Positions 39,689 through 51,879 of a stretch of DNA of 64,000 bases are shown piece by piece. The stretch is taken from assembly GCA_030151635.1 (NCBI GenBank), contig JASLDF010000129.1, positions 3,992 through 67,991 of the forward strand, given 5' to 3'. The translations under genes and the position numbers were made by a program. The notes beneath the pieces were generated by a model that worked only from the letters and a program-made list of their open reading frames with translations, was not told the origin of the DNA and made no database searches. This stretch comes from Bacteroides sp. GTDB taxonomy: Bacteria; Bacteroidota; Bacteroidia; Bacteroidales; Bacteroidaceae. Numbering within the stretch: the stretch's first letter is position 1; each line of letters begins with the position of its first letter.

Positions 39689-40939
39689 TTAAATTTTCGG
39701 TTTAAAGAACCATCTTTCATTAAATATAAGTCCCAAATTAAGTCTTATTATAGATTCATTCAAGAAAGCACTACTACGACCATTAACACGAATAAATTGA
39801 GCAGAAACATTCAACTGAGATTTAGATTTAGGCAATGGCAGACCAAAACCTCCACTTACTCCAAACTCTCTCGAAGCACGTTGACCGTCAATTTTATAAT
39901 AAGGATTTGTTACATGAGCACCAAATCGATACTTAATATTAGCAATATATTTACGACTAAAATAGTTCGGAGTATACTCAGCACCAATATTCAAACGAGC
40001 CAAATCACTCATTTTATCGGTTTCACCATGATATTTAGCCTTACTCCATTGTTGATAGAATATATCTGCAGAAACCATTAACTTGTGATTTAGTTCATAT
40101 GCTGCACCAAACCCATAACTAGCAGCCATATCATAGCTTGATTTAGACTTATCGATATCTAATGATGTTTGAAAGTTGGTTACAGTGATATCGTTAGACA
40201 GTTTCAACTTAGGAGTATAAACAGCACCAAACGTAATGCTTTGTTTTTTTGTAATAGCATACTTATATTGTGCACCAAAGTCTATGTTAAAACCTTTCAG
40301 TGACACACTATTCATACGAGTAGTTACTTTTGGACCCGAACTCTCTTGCAAGTTTGGAAAGTAAGTGACTACATTTCTATTAAGCTTACCCCAGAAAAAG
40401 CCAGCATTAAGACCTACAGAGAAACCTTTAAACGGTTTAAAAGCAATCCCAGTATAAAATTTGTGCAATCCGCCATCACCAGATCTAGTGATTATATGAT
40501 GGGTTTCTGGCATATCTCCATCTCGATCCATCTGATTAACTGAATAACCAATATTACTAATTGGTAAAACACCAGCACTCATTGACATCCATTTCTTCAA
40601 ACGAAATTGAAGTGCAATGTATTCTAAACTAGAATTTTTAGAATTTAGCTTTTTACCTTGATCGTTGAAGTTTGTGTTTTGAAAACTGATTCCACCTTCA
40701 AAAAGGAATGTCAAAGAATCCATCGCCGTATAGGCTGCGGGATTTAAAGGGTTAATTTGAGAATTGTCGCGTAATGCAAACCCTACTCCACCCATCGCTT
40801 GACTTCGACCAAAGCCTTGATCTACCAACTGACCATATCCATAACGTGTATATGGAGAGTTTGTATTATTTTGAGCAACAATTACTCCTGAAATCAGAGT
40901 GAGCAATAGAGCATATACAATTCTTTTTATTTGTCCCAT
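39689..40939 (-). CDS. FadL-like outer-membrane beta-barrel; probable BamG orthologue of the Bacteroidota BAM complex
   Basis: Signal peptide, NSPYTRYGYG, AMGGVG, NPA, terminal ERWFF. Position directly downstream of coaX matches my recollection for BamG (not verified). Confidence 0.75.
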   Translation of the reverse strand: MGQIKRIVYALLLTLISGVIVAQNNTNSPYTRYGYGQLVDQGFGRSQAMGGVGFALRDNSQINPLNPAAYTAMDSLTFLFEGGISFQNTNFNDQGKKLNSKNSSLEYIALQFRLKKWMSMSAGVLPISNIGYSVNQMDRDGDMPETHHIITRSGDGGLHKFYTGIAFKPFKGFSVGLNAGFFWGKLNRNVVTYFPNLQESSGPKVTTRMNSVSLKGFNIDFGAQYKYAITKKQSITFGAVYTPKLKLSNDITVTNFQTSLDIDKSKSSYDMAASYGFGAAYELNHKLMVSADIFYQQWSKAKYHGETDKMSDLARLNIGAEYTPNYFSRKYIANIKYRFGAHVTNPYYKIDGQRASREFGVSGGFGLPLPKSKSQLNVSAQFIRVNGRSSAFLNESIIRLNLGLIFNERWFFKPKI

Positions 40940-41661
40940 TTATTGTAGTTTAATATTCTGTTTAACCCTTTAATTACAAGAAACCTATCTGCAAAGATGC
41001 TATTTTTTAAATTCGAATCAAAAGAAAAATCATTTCCTCCAGTTAAAAAAACCAAAAGATCAGGATATTGCTCACTCATTTCGTTAACATAACCCAAAAC
41101 TTCAAATTCTACACCTCGAATTACACCAGCCCGGATAGCCTCTTCGGTAGTTTGACCTAATTTCTTTATTTCTCCTTCTGGAGCAACTAAAGGAAGACGT
41201 GCAGTATACTCATGCAAAGCCTTTAACCTCATTCGAATGCCTGGAGAAATATTACCACCATAATACTGTCCTTTTGAATCAATGAAATCATAGGTCACGG
41301 CTGTACCTGCATCAACAACAAGGATATTATGATTTGGGTGCTCAAAATAAGCACCTACAATCCCTGCCACCCTATCATAACCTAATGTTTTAGGTGTCTT
41401 ATATAGAATTTTGATGGGCAATGCCGTATCATGATTCAGCCAAAGCAAAGATAAACCCAAGCTGTTTAATCGTTCAATAGCCTCATCAGATAAGTCGATA
41501 ACAGTGGCAACTATACCTCGAGTTAAAGCATATTTCTCACAAATTTTCTCAATACCTGCAAGCGTCTTGTTACAAAAGAACTGTTTATATACGATTGAAT
41601 TATCGGATTTAAAAACTGCAACCTTTGCGACTGTATTTCCTATATCAATAATTAAATTCAC
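40927..41661 (-). CDS. coaX: Type III pantothenate kinase
   Basis: IDIGNT..K, LGYDR, VVDAGTAVT, GG.I.PG, LTGG; GTG start. Confidence 0.96.
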   Translation of the reverse strand: MNLIIDIGNTVAKVAVFKSDNSIVYKQFFCNKTLAGIEKICEKYALTRGIVATVIDLSDEAIERLNSLGLSLLWLNHDTALPIKILYKTPKTLGYDRVAGIVGAYFEHPNHNILVVDAGTAVTYDFIDSKGQYYGGNISPGIRMRLKALHEYTARLPLVAPEGEIKKLGQTTEEAIRAGVIRGVEFEVLGYVNEMSEQYPDLLVFLTGGNDFSFDSNLKNSIFADRFLVIKGLNRILNYNKWDK

Positions 41662-41680
41662 TATTCCGTATTTAGGTTGA

Positions 41681-41688
41681 CAAAGATA
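41681..41688 (-). promoter_or_regulatory. -7 promoter element for the coaX cluster
   Basis: TATCTTTG on the minus strand. Confidence 0.6.
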
Positions 41689-41754
41689 ATCTAATTTAAA
41701 GAAACTATAGGGCTTATTTAAAAGATTATATCAATAGAAAATCAAAATAAACTC

Positions 41755-41762
41755 TATATTTG
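41755..41762 (+). promoter_or_regulatory. -7 promoter element for lnb
   Basis: TATATTTG 21 nt upstream of the ATG at 41784. Confidence 0.6.
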
Positions 41763-41783
41763 CTCATATATATAGGATTCTTT

Positions 41784-42962
41784 ATGAAAAAAGTCAACAT
41801 ATTACTAATCATACTATTTTGCTTTAACACAATCAAAGCGAACGTAAATGTACCAAAAGAAACGAATCAAAACAACATTGAAATAAGCATTTTGACTTGT
41901 GGACCTGGTAAAGAGATTTACTCTTTATTCGGACATACAGCTATTCGAGTCCAAATTCTTGATCAACACTATGACAAAGTATTCAATTATGGCATGTTTA
42001 ATTTTAATAGTGATCACTTCGTACTCCGTTTCGCACTAGGTCAAACAGATTATCAGCTAGCAGAGACTCCGTACGATTATTTCCTATATGAATACACTTA
42101 TTTTAAAAGAGATGTTTGGGAACAAGTACTCAACTTATCTTACCAACAAAAGATTGATATAATAAAAGACCTAAGAGAAAATTTAAAACCCGAAAACATC
42201 TCTTATAGATATAACTTCTTCTATGACAACTGCTCAACACGCCCGTTAGATAAAATATCATCAAGAGCCAATAAGCTTCAGCTACCATCAAAACTTTATG
42301 ACTATGACGTATCATACCGAGATATCATATATAAATATTCAGAAACAGATTTATGGGCACGCTTCGGCATGAACTTGTGCATAGGAAATCAAGCCGACAA
42401 ACCACTAGATATAAAACAATTAAGCTTTGCTCCAATAGAATTGATGAATATATTGGATTCTACGTATACTGAAAACGGGAAATTGGCTCAACCAATTAAG
42501 TCGATACTTTCATTCTCAAACATCAAAGATGAAACGAAGCTACCGTCACCACTCGCAACATTTACAGCACTCTTTATTCTAATTACATTAATTTCCTATT
42601 GGGGATATATAAGAAAGAACACATTTTACATATTAGATTCGCTACTCTTTGCAATCTTTGGTATTGCTGGATCTATACTATTCTTTCTAGCTATTTTTTC
42701 GGAACACCCAACAGTATCATCAAACTTTCTACTGATTGTTTTTCACCCATTACATCTAATATGGGCACCAATTTTATGGGTTAAAGAGAAAAAAAGAAGT
42801 AAAATCCACTTTCACTATGTAAACCTTGTCATTTTAACACTTTTTATATTGTTTTATCCGCTAATTCCACAAAGAATTGAATTTGCGATATTACCTTTGA
42901 CCCTATGTCTATGGATTCGTTCATTCACTTATATACTATTTCTAAAGAAAATAAATAAATGA
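41784..42962 (+). CDS. lnb: DUF4105 membrane protein; probable Bacteroidota lipoprotein N-acyltransferase Lnb
   Basis: LTCGPG..IYSLFGHTA, FNYG.F, YRYNFFYDNCSTR (Cys/His pair), five C-terminal TM helices; location upstream of AP-like/secA matches my recollection of Bacteroides lnb. Confidence 0.78.
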   Translation: MKKVNILLIILFCFNTIKANVNVPKETNQNNIEISILTCGPGKEIYSLFGHTAIRVQILDQHYDKVFNYGMFNFNSDHFVLRFALGQTDYQLAETPYDYFLYEYTYFKRDVWEQVLNLSYQQKIDIIKDLRENLKPENISYRYNFFYDNCSTRPLDKISSRANKLQLPSKLYDYDVSYRDIIYKYSETDLWARFGMNLCIGNQADKPLDIKQLSFAPIELMNILDSTYTENGKLAQPIKSILSFSNIKDETKLPSPLATFTALFILITLISYWGYIRKNTFYILDSLLFAIFGIAGSILFFLAIFSEHPTVSSNFLLIVFHPLHLIWAPILWVKEKKRSKIHFHYVNLVILTLFILFYPLIPQRIEFAILPLTLCLWIRSFTYILFLKKINK

Positions 42963-44518
42963 GAGGCTTATTAACATCAATAATTACTGCTATTGCAATT
43001 ACTAGCTTACAAGCTCAGCCCAACTCGGCTAAGCCTAAACTTGTTGTTGGCATTACTATTGATCAATTAAGCACAGAATTAATAGAAGCATATTGGGATT
43101 TGTATTCAAGCGACGGCTTTAAGAAACTTTGGAAAGAAGGCTTAGTCTATAAAAATACCGATTATTCACTTCACAGACTAGATCGTGCAAGTGCTATTTC
43201 AACAATAAACACAGGTACACAACCGTCCATGCACGGAATCGTAAGTAATAACTGGTTAGATCAATCTACCCTTCAGCCCGAAAGTTGTATTTTCGACAAA
43301 GACTATATGGGTAATTACACCAGTTTATACTCTTCTCCAAGCAAACTCCTTTGTTCTACTATTACTGATGAATTAAATCGAGAAACTATCGGTGGTGCTC
43401 AGGTATATTCTATTGCACCTTATGCTGATATGGCCATATTAATGGCTGGGCATTCTGCCAATGGAGTATTATGGTTTGATACAGAAAATGGAAAATGGGC
43501 TAGTTCCACCTATTATAGAGAATACCCACAATGGGTAGGATCATATAATGAACAACACTCGGTCGTATATAGGGAAGAAGACTTAGTCTGGACTCCTCAA
43601 CTACCTATAGAAAAATACCATACAACAAATAAGCTTTTAAAAGCTCCGTTTAGACATAAACTTACGGCTCCCTTTGGTAACAGATATCATCGAGTAACAG
43701 AAAGTCCAATCATAAACTCTGAAATTCTTAAAATAACAGAAGAATTATTCAATAAAACCAGTATTGGAGAAGACCAAATTACAGATTATTTACAAATTGG
43801 TCTATATGCAGGAAACACTATTATCCCCAACAGTCTGGGTTCTATTGAAAATCAAGACACATATGTAAGAATTGATCAAAATATAGCCAAGCTATTAAAA
43901 CTAATCGATCAAAAAGTCGGATTACATAATACGTTATTATATCTAACTTCAACTGGATATCGCAAAGAAGTTGATGAGGATAGCCAATATAATATTCCAC
44001 AAGGAGAGTTTCACTTAAACAGAAGTACGGCACTTCTAAATCTATACTTAATGGCAAAGTATGGAGAAGGACAATTCATTAAATCATATGATAATTTACA
44101 AATTTACTTATCGCACGATTTAATTGAGAAAAAAAATTTAGACTTAGCTGCGATTCAAAAAGAAGCAGCTCTATTTTTACTTCAAATTAGTGGAGTACAA
44201 GATGTTTTTTATAGTACTGACTTCACTCTAGGAAGCCTAACTGCTGAAAAACAACGTGTAAAAAACTCATACTTTAAAGGACGCACAGGCGACTTAGTAT
44301 TAAAACTACAAGCAGGCTGGAAATCTATTAACAGCAATAATAAAACAGAACAAATTGTTAGTTATGCAGCAATACAAGCACCAACTATATTTTTAGGTGG
44401 TGGATTTGAGGCACAAGTCATAAATACTCCAATTAAAGCTGAAGCAATTGCACCTACAATTGCTAAGACAATTCGCATCCGCGCTCCTAATGCGGCAAAA
44501 GAATCACCTATTAGATAA
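42959..44518 (+). CDS. Alkaline phosphatase superfamily (PafA-like) protein with degenerate active site
   Basis: PKLVVGITIDQL, GF.KL..EG, TG..P..HGIVSNNW, DIAPT-like AIAPT. Confidence 0.85.
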   Translation: MRGLLTSIITAIAITSLQAQPNSAKPKLVVGITIDQLSTELIEAYWDLYSSDGFKKLWKEGLVYKNTDYSLHRLDRASAISTINTGTQPSMHGIVSNNWLDQSTLQPESCIFDKDYMGNYTSLYSSPSKLLCSTITDELNRETIGGAQVYSIAPYADMAILMAGHSANGVLWFDTENGKWASSTYYREYPQWVGSYNEQHSVVYREEDLVWTPQLPIEKYHTTNKLLKAPFRHKLTAPFGNRYHRVTESPIINSEILKITEELFNKTSIGEDQITDYLQIGLYAGNTIIPNSLGSIENQDTYVRIDQNIAKLLKLIDQKVGLHNTLLYLTSTGYRKEVDEDSQYNIPQGEFHLNRSTALLNLYLMAKYGEGQFIKSYDNLQIYLSHDLIEKKNLDLAAIQKEAALFLLQISGVQDVFYSTDFTLGSLTAEKQRVKNSYFKGRTGDLVLKLQAGWKSINSNNKTEQIVSYAAIQAPTIFLGGGFEAQVINTPIKAEAIAPTIAKTIRIRAPNAAKESPIR

Positions 44519-44591
44519 GCTAAACGCACACTGTCAATCTAATAGCACACAGATTATAAGACTAATATTCTTATTTATCGGCATTTTAATA

Positions 44592-44599
44592 TAACTTTG
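44592..44599 (+). promoter_or_regulatory. -7 promoter element for secA
   Basis: TAACTTTG upstream of secA. Confidence 0.6.
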
Positions 44600-44649
44600 C
44601 ATTTGCGAAATGCAATCATCAATACGTAAAAACAAATATTCAAATATAC

Positions 44650-47600
44650 ATGGGACTAACTAGTATTTTAAGTAAGCTATTTGGTAATAAATCTGCTCGA
44701 GATATCAAGAAGATACAACCTTGGGTAGAAAAAATCAAAGCAGCTTATCCGGCTATTGAACAACTTAGCAATGACGCTCTTAGAGCCAAAACAATAGAGC
44801 TAAAGCAATTTATTAAAGACTCTGCCACAACAGAACGTGCAAAAGTTGAAGAACTAAAAGCGAAAGTAGAAGAGACTCCAATCGAGGATAGAGAGGTTAT
44901 TTTTAACCAAATTGATAAAATCGAAAAGGACATATTAGAGAAATATGAAGAGGCTTTAAATACTGTTCTGCCAGATGCTTTCTCCATTGTTAAGGAAACT
45001 GCTAAAAGATTCACTCAAAACGAAGAGGTCACTGTCACAGCAACTCAATTTGATAAAGACTTAGCTGCTACTGGTAAATCTTTTGTTCGAATTGAAGGTG
45101 ATAATGCAATCTATGCGAACCATTGGGAATCTGGTGGTAGTGATACAATCTGGGAAATGATTCACTATGATGTACAACTATTTGGTGGTGTTGTTCTTCA
45201 TCAAGGTAAAATTGCTGAAATGGCAACAGGTGAAGGTAAAACTCTTGTAGCTACCCTACCTGTATTTTTGAATGCTTTAACTGGCAATGGTGTTCACGTA
45301 GTTACAGTGAACGATTATCTTGCTAAACGTGACTCGGAGTGGATGGGGCCATTATATATGTTCCACGGTTTATCTGTAGACTGTATTGATAAGCACCAAC
45401 CAAACTCAGAACAACGTAGACAAGCTTACCAATCGGATATCACTTTTGGAACAAATAACGAATTTGGTTTTGACTACCTTCGTGACAATATGGCTAGAAC
45501 TCCAGAAGAGCTAGTACAGCGTAAACATAATTACGCCATTGTCGATGAGGTTGACTCGGTTTTAATTGATGAAGCTAGAACTCCACTCATTATATCAGGA
45601 CCAATACCAAAAGGCGACGAACAAATGTTCGATGAGTACAAACCACTCGTTGAAAGACTGGTTGACGCACAGAAAAAATTAGCTAACGCATATCTAGCAG
45701 AAGCTAAAAAACATATTGCATCTGAAGATGCTGCTGAAAAAGAAAAAGGATTTATTGCACTATTTAGATGTTATAAGTCAATGCCTAAGAGCAAACCACT
45801 TATCAAGTTCTTAAGTGAACCAGGTATGAAGACAGGTATGCTTCGTGTTGAAGAGATGTTCATGGAACAAAACAACAGAAGAATGCACGAAGCTACCGAT
45901 CCTCTTTTCTTTGTAATTGATGAAAAAATCAACAGTGTAGACCTTACAGATAAAGGTATTGATTTGATTACGGGAGATTCTACAGATCCACATCTATTCG
46001 TACTTCCAGATATTGCAGGTCAATTATCAGCACTTGAAAACGAGACTCAACTTTCAAAAGAAGAAAAACTAGCTAAGAAAGACGATCTTTTCAATAATTT
46101 CGCTTTAAAATCTGAGAGAATTCACACAATTAACCAATTGCTTAAAGCATACACCATGTTCGAAAAAGACGATCAATATATCGTTGTTGATGACAAGGTT
46201 AAAATTGTAGATGAGCAATTAGGTCGTGTAATGGAAGGCAGAAGATATTCAGACGGACTTCATCAAGCCATTGAGGCTAAAGAAGGTGTTAAAATTGAAG
46301 CAGCAACTCAAACATTTGCGTCAATTACACTTCAGAACTATTTCCGTATGTACCACAAACTATCGGGTATGACGGGTACAGCAGAAACCGAAGCTGGTGA
46401 ATTATGGGACATCTACAAACTTGACGTAGTTACAATTCCTACGAATAAACCAACTGCACGTATAGATATGAACGACCGTGTATATAAAACACAGCGTGAG
46501 AAATATGGTGCAGTTATTGAAGAGATTGAAAAACTAGTAGCAGAAGGACGTCCTGTTCTTGTTGGTACTACTGGTGTCGATATTTCAGAAATGCTAAGTA
46601 GAATGCTTTCAATTAGAAAAATTGAGCATAACGTATTGAATGCTAAACTTCATAAACAAGAAGCTGACATTGTCGCAAAAGCTGGCTTAAGAGGTACAGT
46701 TACAATTGCTACTAATATGGCTGGTCGTGGTACCGACATTAAGCTAAGCCAAGAAGTTAAAGATCTTGGTGGTCTAGCAATTATCGGTACAGAACGTCAT
46801 GAATCACGTCGTGTCGACAGACAGCTTCGTGGTCGTGCCGGTCGTCAAGGGGATCCAGGATCATCAGTATTCTTCCTTTCACTAGAAGACCACTTGATGC
46901 GTATTTCTCTTCCAGAAAGAGTCATCAAAATTATGGATAAAATGGGCTTTGATGAGGGTGAGATGATTGAAAATAAAATCTTAACAAACTCAATCGAAAA
47001 AGCTCAGAAAAAAGTTGAAGAAAATCACTTTGGTTCACGTAAATACCTTCTTGAGTATGACGACGTTATGAACAAACAAAGAAGTGCTATCTATACAAAA
47101 CGTCGCCACGCACTAATGGGCGAACGTATTGGTATGGACATCATCAACATGATTTGGGAAAGATGTAATAGAGTTATCGAAAATTACAAATTGGATTACC
47201 AATCTTGCGAAATGGAGATTATTCGCTTATTTGCTATGGAAACACCATTTAGCAAAGAAGAACTACAAAGCAAGAGTGTTGACGAACTAGCCGAAATGAC
47301 TTTCCAAGCTGCAATTAAACACTATAAAGAGAAAACAGAAAGATTAGCTACAGTAGCCTACCCTGTTATCAAACAAGTGTATGAAAACCATGGCAGCATG
47401 TACGAAAACATTTTAATTCCTGTAACTGATGGCAAAAGAATGTATAATATTTCTTGTAGCCTAGAAGAAGCATACAAGACAGAATGTAAGGCTGTAGTTA
47501 AGAGCTTTGAAAAATCTATTATCCTCCACTTTATTGATGAAGCATGGATGGAGAATTTAAGAGAACTAGACGACTTGAAACATGCAGTACGTAATGCTAG

Positions 47601-47967
47601 TTATGAACAGAAGGATCCATTATTGATGTATAAACTTCAATCTGCTAAATTGTTTGACACAATGGTTGATAAAATTAACACCAATACAACATCTGTATTA
47701 ATGAGGGGACAAATCCCATTGCAAGACCCGGAACAAGTACAAGAAGCTGCTCCAGAGGCACCTAGAAAACAAAACTACCAAGAGCAAAAGCAAGAAGTCA
47801 ATTCTCCTAGCTCCACACAACAAGCAGCAAGTGCTGCTGCACAAAATGACACTCGCGAACAACCAAAAGCAGAGCCATATGTTGCTCCTAAAAAAATTGG
47901 TAGAAACGATCAATGTCCTTGTGGAAGTGGTAAAAAGTTTAAAAATTGCCATGGGCAAAATGCTTAA
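44650..47967 (+). CDS. secA: Preprotein translocase ATPase SecA
   Basis: [50 protein letters not shown]-terminal [17 protein letters not shown]. Confidence 0.99.
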   Translation: MGLTSILSKLFGNKSARDIKKIQPWVEKIKAAYPAIEQLSNDALRAKTIELKQFIKDSATTERAKVEELKAKVEETPIEDREVIFNQIDKIEKDILEKYEEALNTVLPDAFSIVKETAKRFTQNEEVTVTATQFDKDLAATGKSFVRIEGDNAIYANHWESGGSDTIWEMIHYDVQLFGGVVLHQGKIAEMATGEGKTLVATLPVFLNALTGNGVHVVTVNDYLAKRDSEWMGPLYMFHGLSVDCIDKHQPNSEQRRQAYQSDITFGTNNEFGFDYLRDNMARTPEELVQRKHNYAIVDEVDSVLIDEARTPLIISGPIPKGDEQMFDEYKPLVERLVDAQKKLANAYLAEAKKHIASEDAAEKEKGFIALFRCYKSMPKSKPLIKFLSEPGMKTGMLRVEEMFMEQNNRRMHEATDPLFFVIDEKINSVDLTDKGIDLITGDSTDPHLFVLPDIAGQLSALENETQLSKEEKLAKKDDLFNNFALKSERIHTINQLLKAYTMFEKDDQYIVVDDKVKIVDEQLGRVMEGRRYSDGLHQAIEAKEGVKIEAATQTFASITLQNYFRMYHKLSGMTGTAETEAGELWDIYKLDVVTIPTNKPTARIDMNDRVYKTQREKYGAVIEEIEKLVAEGRPVLVGTTGVDISEMLSRMLSIRKIEHNVLNAKLHKQEADIVAKAGLRGTVTIATNMAGRGTDIKLSQEVKDLGGLAIIGTERHESRRVDRQLRGRAGRQGDPGSSVFFLSLEDHLMRISLPERVIKIMDKMGFDEGEMIENKILTNSIEKAQKKVEENHFGSRKYLLEYDDVMNKQRSAIYTKRRHALMGERIGMDIINMIWERCNRVIENYKLDYQSCEMEIIRLFAMETPFSKEELQSKSVDELAEMTFQAAIKHYKEKTERLATVAYPVIKQVYENHGSMYENILIPVTDGKRMYNISCSLEEAYKTECKAVVKSFEKSIILHFIDEAWMENLRELDDLKHAVRNASYEQKDPLLMYKLQSAKLFDTMVDKINTNTTSVLMRGQIPLQDPEQVQEAAPEAPRKQNYQEQKQEVNSPSSTQQAASAAAQNDTREQPKAEPYVAPKKIGRNDQCPCGSGKKFKNCHGQNA

Positions 47968-48000
47968 CCCTCTCCAGTAGTATACTGAAAGAATAAATAC

Positions 48001-48037
48001 AAAGGAGCAATAAGAAATATCTTATTGCTCCTTTTTT
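48001..48037 (+). terminator. Intrinsic terminator of secA
   Basis: AAAGGAGCAATAAGA...TCTTATTGCTCCTTTTTT. Confidence 0.88.
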
Positions 48038-48100
48038 AATAATAGCTAAAATTTACACTATATTTAGGGAAACTTTTATAATAACAGAATCGCTTGCGTT

Positions 48101-49111
48101 ATGAGATTTAACACTCTTCTAAAAATAAGTACACTATTCTTAGTTCTACTATTTACCTCGGCATGTAGCACTAGTAAAACCGTTTATTACGAAAGGCTAT
48201 CCCCATCACTACAGCCTCACAATATTAAAATTTCCAGCTTAGCTATAGGCATAAACGCTACTATAGAAACAGAGGAAAATACACATAACAGACTAAACAT
48301 TGACGCACAAGATATCATTAGTGCTGTAGTCTACGAGTTATCTAACACTGCCGTTATGAAGAAGGTTGTTGTTATTGACCCTACTCGTTTTATTAATATC
48401 AAAAAGAATCGCATCATTAGTCAAGATAGCCTACAAAGCTTGGCAAAACACCTAGATGCAGAATCCATGTTTATTATTCATCAATTGAAACTGGGGAATA
48501 AAGGTGAGTTAGCAATCAGTGATCTAGGCGAAGAACTTTTAACCATACACATTGAAGGAGAATTAATGCAGATGAAAAATATTTCAAACAAAATTCAAAT
48601 TAATATGGATGAAATATTATTAATACCTGAACTCCGCTACATGTCACAATCCGAATTAAAACAGACACACGACTATATTCTATTTGAAATTGGAAGAAAA
48701 ATTGCAGCTAAAATAAGCCCTAACTGGCAGCAAATAGGTAGAATAATATACCAAAATAAAGATCTAAAACCTGGCAATAAACACTTTGACAACATGGAAA
48801 TTGAAGAAGCCAGAAAGGCATGGAGTAAGGTCTATGATACATCTTCAAGTGAGGAAATTAAAGCCAAAGCAGCTTTAAATATGACTTATACTTACGAAGT
48901 AGAGGATAACATTGAAGAAGGTGTTAAGTGGGCTGAGAAAGCTTTAACAAGTGCAATTATTGCAGAAAAAATCCAACGTAACCAAGATGGACTACTCTTA
49001 ATTGATGAAAATAAGGAACTAAGCTTCTTCAGTTACGTTTATATCGTCGGTCTACAGAAGAGACAAGAAGAACTCATTCTACTTAGTAAACAATTGAATA
49101 ATGATTTATAA
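48101..49111 (+). CDS. Lipoprotein with C-terminal TPR-like region (DUF6340-like)
   Basis: Lipobox FTSAC; P.W....R..Y, W..A...W and KAALN..Y.YE pattern. Confidence 0.7.
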   Translation: MRFNTLLKISTLFLVLLFTSACSTSKTVYYERLSPSLQPHNIKISSLAIGINATIETEENTHNRLNIDAQDIISAVVYELSNTAVMKKVVVIDPTRFINIKKNRIISQDSLQSLAKHLDAESMFIIHQLKLGNKGELAISDLGEELLTIHIEGELMQMKNISNKIQINMDEILLIPELRYMSQSELKQTHDYILFEIGRKIAAKISPNWQQIGRIIYQNKDLKPGNKHFDNMEIEEARKAWSKVYDTSSSEEIKAKAALNMTYTYEVEDNIEEGVKWAEKALTSAIIAEKIQRNQDGLLLIDENKELSFFSYVYIVGLQKRQEELILLSKQLNNDL

Positions 49112-49157
49112 CATAATTTTTGTTGTTATAAACTAAAGAATTGTTAGTTACTTTTCA

Positions 49158-49165
49158 TAACTTTG
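49158..49165 (+). promoter_or_regulatory. -7 promoter element for the acidic hypothetical protein
   Basis: TAACTTTG 22 nt upstream of the ATG. Confidence 0.55.
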
Positions 49166-49187
49166 GAATAAAATAAATAAGTTTATT

Positions 49188-49637
49188 ATGCACTTATCAG
49201 CTACATCAATAGAATCAATAAATAAGTTGATTAAAGAGACTGTAAAAAACATCGAAAGAAATTTAGATGAGTCCCTAGTTACCGATATCTATTTATATCC
49301 AAATCCTAAAACTGGAGTTATCTCGGCTATGGACGATGAGGATAATATTTTATCAAGCGTTGATATCGAGGAGTGGAGTGAATCGGCAGATGATGATGAG
49401 TTTTATGAAAAAGCTAGCAAAGATTTAAGTGAGTTACTTACTGCTGCTAATGAAGATAAACGTTTTGAGAATCTTAGAATCATTAAGCCCTACTCATTTA
49501 TACTAGTTGATGAAGATGGAGAAGTTGTAAAAGACTTATTACTAGTTGATGATGATTTATTGATTGTCAATGATGAATTACTACGGGGCTTAGACCAAGA
49601 ATTAGACGATTTCTTAGCACACTTATTAGAAGACTAA
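49188..49637 (+). CDS. Highly acidic hypothetical protein
   Basis: 149-aa ORF with its own promoter and terminator; about 40 Asp/Glu against about 13 Lys/Arg. Confidence 0.8.
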   Translation: MHLSATSIESINKLIKETVKNIERNLDESLVTDIYLYPNPKTGVISAMDDEDNILSSVDIEEWSESADDDEFYEKASKDLSELLTAANEDKRFENLRIIKPYSFILVDEDGEVVKDLLLVDDDLLIVNDELLRGLDQELDDFLAHLLED

Positions 49638-49652
49638 GATTATAAAATATCG

Positions 49653-49687
49653 AAAAGGGTATGTAAGAAATTACATACCCTTTTTTT
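49653..49687 (+). terminator. Terminator of the acidic protein gene
   Basis: AAAAGGGTATGTAA-GAAA-TTACATACCCTTTTTTT. Confidence 0.85.
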
Positions 49688-49695
49688 ATGTTACT

Positions 49696-49724
49696 AAAAA
49701 AGGGAAGCTTTAGAGCTTCCCTTT
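49696..49724 (-). terminator. Terminator of groESL
   Basis: AAAAAAGGGAAGCT...AGCTTCCCTTT. Confidence 0.8.
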
Positions 49725-49756
49725 ATAATTTCATATAATAATTGGGACTAGATGAA

Positions 49757-51421
<1,665 letters not shown>

Positions 51422-51434
51422 TTAAAAATTGATA

Positions 51435-51707
51435 TTATCCTAATATAGCAAGGACATCACTTTGACGCATAATTAAATACTCTTTACCGTCTAATTCAAC
51501 AGACGTACCAGCGTATTTACCGTACAAAACAGTATCACCTGTTTTTAGCACCATTTCTTCGTCTTTAGTACCTGTACCAACAGCCACTACTTCACCTTCT
51601 AGAGGTTTTTCTTTCGCTGTATCAGGTATGATAATACCACCAATTGTTTTTTCTTTTGCAGGTGAAGGAAGAATTACAACACGATCTGCCAATGGTTTTA
51701 AATTCAT
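51435..51707 (-). CDS. groS: Co-chaperonin GroES
   Basis: [27 protein letters not shown]. Confidence 0.99.
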   Translation of the reverse strand: MNLKPLADRVVILPSPAKEKTIGGIIIPDTAKEKPLEGEVVAVGTGTKDEEMVLKTGDTVLYGKYAGTSVELDGKEYLIMRQSDVLAILG

Positions 51708-51762
51708 AATTATAAAGTTTATTATTGTTATATTTAAATTCTATGTTACTCACTTAGTTTAA

Positions 51763-51815
51763 TACTAAAAGTATGCCATAAACTGAACTACGTTGAAATG
51801 TCAGTTTTTCTGTCA
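51763..51815 (-). promoter_or_regulatory. Putative sigma-54-like promoter with upstream TGACA boxes (groES)
   Basis: TGGCATACTTTTAGTA (51778-51763) plus TGACA at 51803-51799 and 51815-51811. Confidence 0.45.
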
Positions 51816-51827
51816 AAATGGCGCAAT

Positions 51828-51857
51828 AAAAAAGGGTAGCTACAATTGTAACTACCC
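51828..51857 (-). terminator. Terminator of hisS
   Basis: AAAAAAGGGTAG.TACA..TGTA.CTACCC. Confidence 0.75.
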
Positions 51858-51879
51858 CCAAATATAGGTATTTAATATG

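Noticed and set aside
51708..51827. CIRCE/HrcA operator upstream of groES
   Set aside because: No TTAGCACTC-N9-GAGTGCTAA match on either strand.
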